Positions 18,934-28,391 of a DNA stretch of 53,558 bases are shown here, one piece after another (positions within the stretch are counted from its first letter, which is position 1; every line of letters begins with the position of its first letter). The stretch is from Thermomicrobiales bacterium (GTDB lineage: Bacteria; Chloroflexota; Chloroflexia; Thermomicrobiales; CADCWN01): NCBI GenBank assembly GCA_036563365.1, contig DATCMP010000489.1:1-53558 (forward strand), given 5' to 3'. The position numbers and the translations under genes are program-made. The notes beneath the pieces are model-generated. The model was given only the letters and a program-made list of their open reading frames with translations. It did no database searches and had not been told where the DNA came from.

Positions 18934-21900
18934 ATGGCCGAGGAGCAGCTGCCGAGTTTGCGCGAATTACTCGCGATCGCGCAGACCGCGCTGGAGGAAG
19001 GGCGGCACCAGGAGGCGACCGTCGCTTGTCGCCATGTGCTGCGTGATTATCCCGACTCGGTCACGGCGATGCGCTTGCTTGGCGAGTCGTATCTGGAGGC
19101 CGGGCGCGCCGATGAGGCGGTGCGGGCGTTTGAAAAGGTCCTGGGAATCGACCCGTTCAACGTATTGGCCCGTGTCGGTCTCGGCGTGCTGGCTGAGGAT
19201 CGCGGCGAAGACGAGCGGGCGATCGCCCAGTTCCGGCTGGCGTGGGAAGTTGCCCCGACGCTGCCCCAACTTCGCAGCGAATTGGTGCGGCTCTACCGCA
19301 AGCGCTACGGAGTCGGTGGGCGGCTGCGGATGACGCGGGTGGCGCTGGCAAATCTGCACGCGCACAACGAGGATCTGCCGCGCGCGATCCGGCAGTTCCA
19401 ATTGCTCCACGCCGAAGAACCGGCTCGCCCGGATGTCACGATCGGGTTGGCTGAGGCTCTCTGGCGACATGGCGATCGGGATGATGCCACGACCTACTGC
19501 CAGCAGCTATTGGCCGAGCGCCCGCGCCTTGTCCGCCCGCTCCTGATCCTGGCGGCATTGCACGGCGACGGGGAGCGAGCGGTCGGGTCGCCCGCGGCGG
19601 AGGCCGATGAACTCCTGGCGACGGCGCGCACCTTCGATCCCGATGCCGTCCTGGCGCGCGAATTGCTCGCGCTTCAGCCGTCGGCGACCTTGCAGCGGTT
19701 TATCGACGCGCCGGTGCCGATGGCCCCGTTCGATCCCGCGACCCTGGATATTGCCGGTACCGATGAATTGCTCGGCGCGCAGACCGGCACGCTCGGCGAG
19801 GGTGTCGTGCGCTGGGAAGATGTGGCCGGCGGCTTTGCGGGGGCGGGGATGTCCACCGCCCCCGCGCCCCCTATCCCGACGAATGAGTTAACCCCGACGG
19901 CCTCCGACGAGGACGATGTTGAGGCCCTCTTCGCGGCGATCGACCGGCAATTATCTACCGTCAATATCGACGAGGAATTACCGAGCTTTGTCCCCTCCGA
20001 GGAAGATCGCGTCGATGTGCTGGCCGAAGACGCCGAAGACGCCGAGCCGTTGGCGAGCTGGGAAACCGGGGCCGAAGATGCGATGACCCCCGCGCCCGAT
20101 GAGCTGACCGCTGTCGAGCGCCTGACGGCCAACTGGGACAATATCGACAACGAACTCGCCGCCGCCCGCCCGAGCGACGACCTGCCGGTCGGGGTCACGG
20201 GGATGCTCGGTGGGCTCGAACTCGACTTCCAACCGTTCGATGCCGAGAGCGATGCAGAACCGGCGATGGAAGAGACGATGACCTTCGATCCGGCCAAGTT
20301 CTCCCTGCCGCCGCTCGACGGCGAGGACGATGACGACGAATTCGCGTTGGACCTCGATGCGGACGAACTCGGGGCGGACATCACGCCGTTCAATCTGGAT
20401 GAGGCCGGGCCGAAGATCAAGACCGGCGGCCTGACATTCGCCGAACTGGTGCGTACCGAGGGTGATACGCCGATCACCTATGCTTCCGGCAACTCCTTCG
20501 CCGATCCGCTCGATGGCGATGATGCGTTAGCGGGGATCGCGTCGATCTTCGCCACGCGCGAGTTGGCCCCCCTGCCCGAAGATCGGTTGCTCGAACTGCA
20601 GGCCCGTCCCGGCGAGATGGCCCCGCAGGAGACTTCGCCGCCGACCGCCGCGCTGCCAACATTCGCAATGCCGACAGATTCGACCATGCTCTTGGACACG
20701 GCGGCCCTGGGTGTCGAGGACGAGCCTACGCCCGCTGAGCCCGCCGCGTTGGACGGGCATGTCGGCGCCGATCACCCGGCAGCGACGGCAGCACTTGAGG
20801 CGAATACGACAACCGACGATACCCCAGTGCCACCGCCCGCAACCCCTGAAGCGAAACCGGCTATCTCGTTTGAGGCGTTGCTTGGTGCCGATACGCCGCG
20901 CCTCGAACTGCCGGAAGCGACCTTTTACCCCGACGCGACACGCCCGCTTCTGCTCGATGAAACGAACTTCTTCGAGCGCACGCCGCCAACCGCCAGTGGC
21001 ACTCCCAAGCCCGATGCTGGCGAGGAAGTCGGGATGGATCATCTTTTCAGCCGCCTGCGCCATCGTAAGCAGGAGCGGATCGAGACCGGTGAATTGCAAA
21101 TCGATCGGCGGGCAACGCCCGCGCCGCGTTCGCCGCTGATCCCCTCCGACCTTGCGGCACCCACCGTCGGGCCAAGCGCGCAAGAAGGCGCCGGTGGCGA
21201 GGTTTTCGACTCGGTGACGATGGATGAGGCGAGCCTGGACGAGTGGATCATGTCCCTCTCCCCCACCGAGATGGACGATGCCGAGTCGGATGACGCGATC
21301 GTGATCCACGGCGACGACTGGTTCAGCGACATGACCGAGGTTTCATCGCAGGACACCGCGCTCGATGCGCCACTTGCCACGGCGGACCTGACGGATGGCA
21401 GCATGGCCGAGGACGAGGTTGCCGATTTGCGGTGGGGGGGCATGCCTGCCGCAGCGGTCCCGGTCGATCTACCCGAGGCCGCCTCTGCCCCTGCTCCCGC
21501 CGAGCGCGAGATTCCCTGGGCGGAGTTGGTCCCGGACGAACCGCAGCCGATCGCCAACCAGTTCGTACGCGATGAAGTTGCGAGCGTCGAATCGATGCCA
21601 CCCCAGGTGCCAGAGATGCCCGCGCCGCGAGAACCGCGGTGGGAGCCGCTCGCTGTCGCGGCGACGAACGGGGTACATGCGTACGCGAATGGCCACCATC
21701 CCGCCGCGCCCACCGCGCCCACCGCGCCCGTTGCGCCTGCATACTCGCCGGTTTTCGCTGCTCCACCACCGATGGTCGCGGAACGTCCTAACCTGATGCG
21801 GCAGGATCAGGCCGAGCAGCGCGCGATCCTGGAGTCACTGGTTGCCGCCGATCCGACGAACCATTTTGCCCGGCTGACCTTGGCCGTCGCCTATGGCAAC

Positions 21901-22128
21901 GACCATCCCGAGCAGGCGCTGACCGAGTATCGTCGGCTGATCAAGGAATCCGATGAGTTGGTGCCGGAAGTCATCGAGCGGTTGAAGGAAATGATTGCCG
22001 ATGGCAATGCCCCGACGCGGGCGCATCGGATCCTCGGCGATGCCTACATGAAGTTGGGGCAGTTCGATCTGGCGATGGCCGAATTCCAGCGCGCGTTGTC
22101 GACACGTCCGCGCGGGACGAAGCCCTGA
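18934..22128 (+). CDS. TPR-repeat protein with ~700-aa acidic low-complexity core
   Basis: GGAGGG lies 6 nt upstream of ATG 18934. N-terminal TPRs (LGESYLEAGRADEAVRAFEKVLGIDPFNVLARVGLGVL..) and C-terminal TPRs (ILGDAYMKLGQFDLAMAEFQRAL). The central region is D/E/P/A/T-rich. Confidence 0.8.
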   Translation: MAEEQLPSLRELLAIAQTALEEGRHQEATVACRHVLRDYPDSVTAMRLLGESYLEAGRADEAVRAFEKVLGIDPFNVLARVGLGVLAEDRGEDERAIAQFRLAWEVAPTLPQLRSELVRLYRKRYGVGGRLRMTRVALANLHAHNEDLPRAIRQFQLLHAEEPARPDVTIGLAEALWRHGDRDDATTYCQQLLAERPRLVRPLLILAALHGDGERAVGSPAAEADELLATARTFDPDAVLARELLALQPSATLQRFIDAPVPMAPFDPATLDIAGTDELLGAQTGTLGEGVVRWEDVAGGFAGAGMSTAPAPPIPTNELTPTASDEDDVEALFAAIDRQLSTVNIDEELPSFVPSEEDRVDVLAEDAEDAEPLASWETGAEDAMTPAPDELTAVERLTANWDNIDNELAAARPSDDLPVGVTGMLGGLELDFQPFDAESDAEPAMEETMTFDPAKFSLPPLDGEDDDDEFALDLDADELGADITPFNLDEAGPKIKTGGLTFAELVRTEGDTPITYASGNSFADPLDGDDALAGIASIFATRELAPLPEDRLLELQARPGEMAPQETSPPTAALPTFAMPTDSTMLLDTAALGVEDEPTPAEPAALDGHVGADHPAATAALEANTTTDDTPVPPPATPEAKPAISFEALLGADTPRLELPEATFYPDATRPLLLDETNFFERTPPTASGTPKPDAGEEVGMDHLFSRLRHRKQERIETGELQIDRRATPAPRSPLIPSDLAAPTVGPSAQEGAGGEVFDSVTMDEASLDEWIMSLSPTEMDDAESDDAIVIHGDDWFSDMTEVSSQDTALDAPLATADLTDGSMAEDEVADLRWGGMPAAAVPVDLPEAASAPAPAEREIPWAELVPDEPQPIANQFVRDEVASVESMPPQVPEMPAPREPRWEPLAVAATNGVHAYANGHHPAAPTAPTAPVAPAYSPVFAAPPPMVAERPNLMRQDQAEQRAILESLVAADPTNHFARLTLAVAYGNDHPEQALTEYRRLIKESDELVPEVIERLKEMIADGNAPTRAHRILGDAYMKLGQFDLAMAEFQRALSTRPRGTKP

Positions 22129-22159
22129 CGCCAGCCACAAGCGATAGACGAGGGGCAGC

Positions 22160-22546
22160 GTGGTCGATCTCTTGCGCCAACGCCTGGATACGCTGCTCGC
22201 CGTGGAAGAGATCCTGGGCGCGGTGCTCTTCGATGCCGCTGGAAGGGTGGAAGCGACCGCCCATCTGGATCCGCGCGATGCTGCGGCGCTCTTCACCGTC
22301 CTCTCGTCGGCGGTCGATCGGGCCGCGGCGAGTACAGACACAGTCGCCGCGTTCGCCGCATTCATGCTGAGCGAGGGCCAGGTCGCGATCTGCGCCGATG
22401 ACTGGCGTACAATCATCGCCCTGACCGATCCGGGACTGGATGCGCTGCTGTTGAAAAGTGTGTTAGTCGAACTGCTGGCCGCGCTAGCCGCGTCTCCGGT
22501 AACTGTCGATGCGGTTGGCTCGACGCGGGTTTCGCCCAACTCTTGA
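22160..22546 (+). CDS. Roadblock/LC7 (MglB-like) domain protein
   Basis: 128 aa, GTG start preceded by GAGGGG. The pattern LLAVEEILGAVLFDAAGRVEA ... GQVAICADDWRTIIALTDPGLDALLLKSVL fits the Roadblock alpha-beta-alpha fold profile. Confidence 0.55.
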   Translation: MVDLLRQRLDTLLAVEEILGAVLFDAAGRVEATAHLDPRDAAALFTVLSSAVDRAAASTDTVAAFAAFMLSEGQVAICADDWRTIIALTDPGLDALLLKSVLVELLAALAASPVTVDAVGSTRVSPNS

Positions 22547-22583
22547 CCAGGCCAACGATAAATTGACGCGACATCCGGGCCGA

Positions 22584-22626
22584 GATAGGGGCCGGGGCGA
22601 TGCACAACATCACCCCGGCCCCTATC
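22584..22626. terminator. Bidirectional stem-loop between convergent genes
   Basis: gataggggccgggg (22584-22597) and ccccggcccctatc (22613-22626) form a perfect 14-bp stem with a 15-nt loop. Confidence 0.6.
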
Positions 22627-22656
22627 GTCATCTGTATGCCGCTATCGGCGTGTGTC

Positions 22657-22926
22657 TCAGGCTCCGCCGCTCGGTGGCCCCTCTTCCGCCTCTTCGGTCG
22701 GGGTTCGCTGTTGTCCGGGCAGGGCGTTACGCCAGCCCTGGACCGCAGCGACGATGCTGAAGAGGGTCAATCCACCGAAGACGATCAAGCTGACCAGATA
22801 ATAGTTATCGTGCCGAAGCGACAGCGCCTGATAGGCGATGATCGCCTGGATGCCGAAGAGCACGGTGGTGAAGGCGGTGATCCCCGTCAACCACCAGTTA
22901 TGTTTACGCGGTAAGCCATTCGCCAT
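22657..22926 (-). CDS. Small two-TM membrane protein (hypothetical)
   Basis: 89-aa ORF with two clear hydrophobic helices (WWLTGITAFTTVLFGIQAIIAYQAL; YYLVSLIVFGGLTLFSIVAAV) and a charged tail. Confidence 0.5.
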   Translation of the reverse strand: MANGLPRKHNWWLTGITAFTTVLFGIQAIIAYQALSLRHDNYYLVSLIVFGGLTLFSIVAAVQGWRNALPGQQRTPTEEAEEGPPSGGA

Positions 22927-23033
22927 CGTCGTTTCCCCTCGACTCTCTGTCTGCCGTTGCCTCTTGCCGGTGCGCGGAAGTGTAGCACGACTGTCCTGGC
23001 GCGCTCACCCGCGACCGAGAACCGCTACGATCC

Positions 23034-23291
23034 TCACTCCTCGTCGTCGAGATCTTGCGCGCGGAGCTTTTTGCGGCGCGGCTTCTGGCGGGGCTTGTCG
23101 CGCCGCGCACCCGCAGGCTCGTCACGTCGTTCGGGTCGCTCGGTCACCGCCCTTGAAGGGCGGGGCAAGCTCGGGGTGAGATCCTCTGGGAGTAGTCGTA
23201 GTCGCGGCGGTATGAAGGCGGGCGTCTCTGCCTTACGCCGATCCTCATCCCAGATTACCGCCACCGGTATCCACTGGCGTTCATCGTTCAT
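23034..23291 (-). CDS. Small basic/charged hypothetical protein
   Basis: 85-aa ORF from MNDERQWIPVAVIW.. with an Arg/Lys/Pro-rich tail and an acidic end (DLDDEE). No family recognised and the ribosome-binding site is weak. Confidence 0.3.
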   Translation of the reverse strand: MNDERQWIPVAVIWDEDRRKAETPAFIPPRLRLLPEDLTPSLPRPSRAVTERPERRDEPAGARRDKPRQKPRRKKLRAQDLDDEE

Positions 23292-23582
23292 CCTGGTGTC
23301 CCTATGTCTCGCTCGTCCGAGGCCCACGCTGCTTGGCCCCGCTGATAAGGATACACAAGTATGGCGGCGGTTGGCCGGTAGGGCGTGGTGTTTCCGCTGT
23401 ATTTGCGCTCCACCCCCCGCCGTATCGCGATAGCTCAGCCATTTGTTTGCAAAGTGGACTCCTGGTCCAAACGTTTGGTGTCCGTAGCCTATACAGGTGG
23501 TTTTCCCTTCTGTTTGCTCTCTTTACACTGGAGAAGTGTGTGACAGTCTTGCCACGCACCTGAATCGCGCAATCGAGAAGGG

Positions 23583-24452
23583 ATGACTGATATGGGCGTT
23601 GACGAGCAACGTTGGTGGCGTAGGTTGTTGGCGCGTTTGTTCGGTGAGCGATCGCACGCTGCGCCGAACCGGGAAACACTGCAACCAACTACAGACATGG
23701 CGGCTCCTGCCAAACGACGCTCGGAACAGCGAGCAACCGTCACGCCTGTTCAGGGAGAGATGGCGGCGCAAGACATCGCATCGACTTCGAACCAGCCAGT
23801 CGTTTCGTCGGTTGGTATATCCCAAGTTAATGTCGGCCAAACTACCACTCCCGCCGACTATACCTACGCCCTCCGCGACGATTTTTTGTCGCACGCCGAG
23901 CAAAGCTTCTTCCATGTCTTGCGCGATGCCGTCGCGGCGGAATACCTGATCTTCCCGAAGGTCCGGCTCGCTGACCTTGTCTTCCCGCCGCGTCAGGAAG
24001 GACAGTTCGGTGCCTGGCAGCGGATCAATCGCAAGCACGTCGATTTTGTCCTCTGCGACCCGCGCACGCTACGCCCGCGCGCGGCGATTGAATTGGACGA
24101 CCGCTCACACCGCCGCCCCGATCGCCTTGAGCGCGATGCTTTTGTTGAACGGGTCTTCGGCGATGCCGCTTTGCCGCTCATCCGTATCCCGGCACAACGA
24201 ACCTACCACCGGCAGACCATCGCGGCGCTGATCACCGAAGCGATCGTGGAAAGGGAGCCATCGGTGATCGCCGTCCCGGTGACGGTCGATCCCCAAACCA
24301 AGCTGTGCGACCGCTGTGGTGGCGAGATGAAACTACGCACGGCGGCGCAGGGCGCGCACCGAGGCGAGCAATTTTGGGGCTGCACCAATTTCCCGAAGTG
24401 CCGCAATATCGTGAAGATCGCTGCTGACCCGACACTCCATGTGTCCGCGTGA
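23583..24452 (+). CDS. DUF2726 (restriction-endonuclease-like fold) protein with C-terminal topoisomerase-type C4 zinc finger
   Basis: FLSHAEQSFFHVLRDAV..IFPKVRLADL..KHVDFVLCD..AAIELDDRSH..RDAFVERVF..LPLIRIP matches the DUF2726 pattern. CDRCGGEMKLR..FWGCTNFPKCRN matches zf-C4_Topoisom. Confidence 0.75.
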   Translation: MTDMGVDEQRWWRRLLARLFGERSHAAPNRETLQPTTDMAAPAKRRSEQRATVTPVQGEMAAQDIASTSNQPVVSSVGISQVNVGQTTTPADYTYALRDDFLSHAEQSFFHVLRDAVAAEYLIFPKVRLADLVFPPRQEGQFGAWQRINRKHVDFVLCDPRTLRPRAAIELDDRSHRRPDRLERDAFVERVFGDAALPLIRIPAQRTYHRQTIAALITEAIVEREPSVIAVPVTVDPQTKLCDRCGGEMKLRTAAQGAHRGEQFWGCTNFPKCRNIVKIAADPTLHVSA

Positions 24453-24718
24453 ATCGTGCATAGTAAGTCGGCTACCTCTCGCGCAGTTATTCTCACGCCA
24501 GCCGCTGCTCGGCGTCTGTCGGCGATGTCAGCGGCACCAGCGCCGTCGGGTCTTCCGCCGCGTGTATACTTCCTGCGCCGCGCTCCCCATTGGTCGATTG
24601 GGATCCGGGATCGGGGCGACGATGCGCGAGCAACCGAGCGGCGGCAACAACCGGACGACGATGATGGTGGGGTATGGGCGCGCTGCTGCACGCCTACCCC
24701 GACCGGCGGAGGAGGCGA

Positions 24719-26947
24719 GTGGTCACTGAAGCGCAATTGCGGGATGTGGCGCTGACGCGCGTGGAATACGATCAGGTCGTGGAACTGCTCGGGCGCGAGC
24801 CATCCGAGGTCGAGTTGGGGATGTTCGGCTCGATGTGGAGCGAGCATTGCGGTTACAAGAACTCGCGACCGGTGCTGAAACTCTTCCCGAACGGCGGGCC
24901 GCGCGTCCTTCAGGGGCCGGGCGAGAATGCCGGGGCGGTCGACATCGGGGACGGCCAGGCGGTTGTCTTCAAGATCGAGTCGCACAATCACCCGAGCGCG
25001 GTCGAGCCGTACCAGGGTGCCGCGACCGGGGTCGGCGGGATCGTCCGCGACATCTTCACGATGGGCGCGCGACCGATCGCGATCCTCGACTCGCTCCGTT
25101 TCGGGCCGCTCTCCGAGCCGCGTGCCCGCTACCTCTTCGGGAATGTTGTCGGCGGGATCGCCGGGTACGGCAATAGCCTCGGTATCCCCACTGTCGGCGG
25201 TGATCTCTTTTTCGACCCCGGCTACGCGGGTAATCCGCTGGTCAACGCGATGTGCGTCGGCGTGATCGACGCGGCGAAGATCATGCACGCCAAGGCGACC
25301 GGGATCGGCAACCCAATCATCCTGGTCGGCGCGGCGACCGGGCGCGACGGTATCCACGGCGCATCGGGCCTCGCCTCGCTCGCCGACCCGACCGCGCGCT
25401 TCGCCGAGCTGCGCCCGGCGGTGCAAGTCGGCAACCCCTTCCTGGAAAAACTGCTGCTGGAAGCCTGCCTGGAAGCGTTGGAGACCGGCGCGGTCGTCGG
25501 GATGCAGGATCTCGGCGCGGCGGGTCTGACCAGTTCCACGGTCGAGTCGGCCGATAAGGGCGGTGTCGGCGTGGAAATCGATGTCGCGAAGGTGAGCCGC
25601 CGCGAGACCGGGATGACGCCATACGAGATCATGCTCTCCGAGAGCCAGGAGCGGATGCTCGTCATCGTCGAGGCGGGCCGCGAGGGCGAGGTGCAGGCGA
25701 TCTTCGATCGCTGGGAGTTGCACTCCGACATCATCGGTCGCGTCACCGACGATGGGATCGTGCGGATCACCGATGGCGACACGGTCGTCTGCGATGTCCC
25801 GGCGCGGCTTTTTACCGACCAATGCCCGACCTATTACCGGCAGGGCGAGGAATCGCCCGCGATCGTGGCGTTGCGCGCGTTCGATCTGGGTGCAATTCCC
25901 GATCTGCCAAGCGAGGAGGCGCATGGGGCGCTGCTAACCCTGCTGGCCGCGCCGAATATTGCCAGCCGTCGCCCGGTCTTCCGGCGTTACGACCACACGA
26001 TCTTGACCAACACGATCGTGCCGCCCGGTGTTGCCGACGCGGCGGTGGTGCGCGTGAAAGGGACGAAGAAGGGACTGGCCCTCAAGACCGATTGCAACCC
26101 GCGCTACTGCTACCTCGACCCCGAACTCGGCGGGCGGCACGCGGTGGCCGAGGCGACGCGCAACGTCGTCTGCACCGGCGCGTTGCCGCTGGCGATCACC
26201 GACTGCCTCAACTTCGGTTCGCCGGAGAAGCCGGAAAATTTCTATCAGCTGGACCGCGCCGTACGTGGCATGGCCGACGCCTGCCGCGCGCTCGGCACAC
26301 CGGTCGTCAGCGGCAATGTTAGTCTGTATAACGAGAGCAATGGTGTCGCGATCCCCCCAACCCCGACGGTCGGCGCGGTCGGCCTGATCGATGATGTCAG
26401 CGACGCCCTGACGATGGCCTGGGGAGCAAATGAAGTAATTTACCTCCTTGGTCCATTGGAAGCGACGCTCGGCGGCAGCGAATATCTGGCGACGTTGCAT
26501 GACACCATCGCTGGCGCACCGCCCGCGCTCGACCTCGACTTGGAGGTGCGGTTGCAACAAGGGCTGTTAGCACTGCACGGCGCTGGTGCGCTCCACACCG
26601 CACACGATACGAGCGAGGGTGGACTGGCGGTGACATTGGCTGAATCGGCGATGGCCGGTGGCGTGGGTGCGACCATCTTTACAGAGGCGTTCGACGCGCT
26701 CCTCGCCGCCAACGATGGTCGCCTCGATCGGGCGCTCTTCGGCGAGGCGGGTTCGCGAATCGTCGTCACGCTCGATGCGAACGAATCACCGGATACCGCC
26801 CAGCGTATCGCGCAGGAGCATGGCCTGACCCTCTTCACGCTCGGTGAGACGGGCGGGGACACGTTGCAATTCGGCGGGCTGTTCGCCGCGCCTATCGTTG
26901 CGTTGAGCGAGGCGTGGGAAGGCGGGCTGGCGAAGGCGCGGGGGTAG
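24719..26947 (+). CDS. purL: Phosphoribosylformylglycinamidine synthase subunit PurL
   Basis: [40 protein letters not shown] and the length (~742 aa) fit PurL. GTG at 24719 is preceded by GGAGGAGG. Confidence 0.95.
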   Translation: MVTEAQLRDVALTRVEYDQVVELLGREPSEVELGMFGSMWSEHCGYKNSRPVLKLFPNGGPRVLQGPGENAGAVDIGDGQAVVFKIESHNHPSAVEPYQGAATGVGGIVRDIFTMGARPIAILDSLRFGPLSEPRARYLFGNVVGGIAGYGNSLGIPTVGGDLFFDPGYAGNPLVNAMCVGVIDAAKIMHAKATGIGNPIILVGAATGRDGIHGASGLASLADPTARFAELRPAVQVGNPFLEKLLLEACLEALETGAVVGMQDLGAAGLTSSTVESADKGGVGVEIDVAKVSRRETGMTPYEIMLSESQERMLVIVEAGREGEVQAIFDRWELHSDIIGRVTDDGIVRITDGDTVVCDVPARLFTDQCPTYYRQGEESPAIVALRAFDLGAIPDLPSEEAHGALLTLLAAPNIASRRPVFRRYDHTILTNTIVPPGVADAAVVRVKGTKKGLALKTDCNPRYCYLDPELGGRHAVAEATRNVVCTGALPLAITDCLNFGSPEKPENFYQLDRAVRGMADACRALGTPVVSGNVSLYNESNGVAIPPTPTVGAVGLIDDVSDALTMAWGANEVIYLLGPLEATLGGSEYLATLHDTIAGAPPALDLDLEVRLQQGLLALHGAGALHTAHDTSEGGLAVTLAESAMAGGVGATIFTEAFDALLAANDGRLDRALFGEAGSRIVVTLDANESPDTAQRIAQEHGLTLFTLGETGGDTLQFGGLFAAPIVALSEAWEGGLAKARG

Positions 26948-27021
26948 GGACGGATGACCCTCGCCCCCTGTCCTCTGGTGGGGAGAGCGGGCAGGGAGGT
27001 GCGGGTATTCAGGAGAAAGTG

Positions 27022-28311
27022 ATGAGTTCAGACCAACTCCGCGTCCTGGTCATCGGCGGTGGCGCACGAGAACACGCGCTCTGCTGGGCGATCGCGCGTA
27101 GTCCGCGCTGCGGGAAGCTGTACTGTGCCCCCGGTAACTGGGGAATCGGGCAGATCGCCGAGAACGTGCCGGTCGCCGCGAACGATATCGACGGTCTGGT
27201 GGTCGCGGCGCAAGACCTGCGGATCGACTTGACGATCGTCGGGCCGGAAGAGCCGTTGTCGCTCGGGGTGGTCGATAGCTTCCGCGAGGCGGGTCTGGCG
27301 ATCATCGGTCCGACCAAGAGCGCGACGCGGATCGAGAGCAGCAAGTGGTGGGCCAAAGAGATCATGCGCGAGACCGGCGTGCCGACCGGTCGCGCCGCGC
27401 GTTTCATGGAGGCCGATCCGGCGATCGAGTACCTGTCGCGGATCTCCTACCCGACGGTGATCAAGGCGGATAACCTGGCGGCGGGCAAGGGGGTGGTCGT
27501 CGCGGAGACGCCCGATGAGGCGATGCAAACGATCATCGACTTCATGGAGCGCGAGACGCTCGGCGTGCCGGTGCGGCGGCTGCTGGTCGAGGAGTTCCTG
27601 ACCGGGCGCGAGGTTTCCCTGCTGGCGTTGGTCGATGGTGAGACGGTGCTGCCGTTGCTCCCCGCTTGCGATCACAAGCGCGTCGGCGACGGCGAGCAGG
27701 GCCCGAATACCGGTGGGATGGGCGCGTATGCCCCGACCAATCGCCTCTCAGCGGCGGCCATTCGCGACCTGACGAAGCGGATCTTCGTGCCGGTGATGAA
27801 GCGGATGGCGCGGAAAGATGCGGCGTTCAGCGGTATCCTCTACGCCGGCCTGATCCTGACGGAGCATGGCCCGAAGGTGATCGAGTTCAACGCCCGCTTC
27901 GGCGATCCCGAGGTGCAGGTCGTCCTGCCGCTCCTGCGGTCGGATCTCCTCGATCTCTTCATCGCGCTCAACGAGCGGCGACTGCGCGAAAAGACCCTGG
28001 AATGGGAAGATGGCGCGGCGGTGGGCGTCGTCCTGGCCTCCGGTGGCTATCCCGGTCGGTATGAAACAGGGTTACCAATCAGCGGCCTCGATGCTGTTGG
28101 CGACGATGCCCTGGTCTTCCATGCGGGTACGCAGGCCGGGGGGGATGGCGGGCCGATCACCGGGGGCGGGCGTGTCCTCACCGTTGTCGGTCGCGGCCCA
28201 TCCTTGAACGCTGCTCGCGACAGCGCCTATGTCGCCGCCGAGCGAATTAGCTTTCCCGGCCACCATTTGCGCCGCGACATCGGGGAGGCCGAGGCGGCAG
28301 AGGCGCAATGA
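27022..28311 (+). CDS. purD: Phosphoribosylamine-glycine ligase
   Basis: MSSDQLRVLVIGGGAREHAL, GPEEPL, ESSKWWAKEIM and an ATP-grasp core. AGGAG lies upstream of ATG 27022. Confidence 0.95.
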   Translation: MSSDQLRVLVIGGGAREHALCWAIARSPRCGKLYCAPGNWGIGQIAENVPVAANDIDGLVVAAQDLRIDLTIVGPEEPLSLGVVDSFREAGLAIIGPTKSATRIESSKWWAKEIMRETGVPTGRAARFMEADPAIEYLSRISYPTVIKADNLAAGKGVVVAETPDEAMQTIIDFMERETLGVPVRRLLVEEFLTGREVSLLALVDGETVLPLLPACDHKRVGDGEQGPNTGGMGAYAPTNRLSAAAIRDLTKRIFVPVMKRMARKDAAFSGILYAGLILTEHGPKVIEFNARFGDPEVQVVLPLLRSDLLDLFIALNERRLREKTLEWEDGAAVGVVLASGGYPGRYETGLPISGLDAVGDDALVFHAGTQAGGDGGPITGGGRVLTVVGRGPSLNAARDSAYVAAERISFPGHHLRRDIGEAEAAEAQ

Positions 28312-28391
28312 CAGCCCGGCTTGACTAATACCTGTCGTTGGCTCCTGGCGCGATTGCGGCCCCTTTTCTCGCAGTAGGGAAAGAGAACGGT

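Noticed and set aside
18934-22128. The large protein after sbcD as a divergent SbcC/Rad50
   Set aside because: I found no Walker A/B or signature motif and no long heptad coiled-coil. The ends are TPR repeats and the middle is acidic low-complexity sequence.
23429-23480. tRNA-like string gatagctcagcc followed by a possible anticodon-type stem (ccatt/agtgg)
   Set aside because: There is no matching D-stem partner (GAGC), the would-be anticodon loop is 9 nt, and there is no T-arm (GTTCRA) or acceptor stem. It does not fold as a cloverleaf.
24203-25924. 573-aa ORF on the minus strand
   Set aside because: It is entirely antisense to an unambiguous purL. The composition is Arg/Asp/Pro/Gly-rich and typical of out-of-frame reading of high-GC coding DNA. 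No family motifs are visible.
28312-28391. Possible SAM/T-box-type leader in front of the Cys/Met PLP enzyme
   Set aside because: The spacer is only ~80 nt and shows no SAM-riboswitch or T-box conserved segments. It is too short for those elements.
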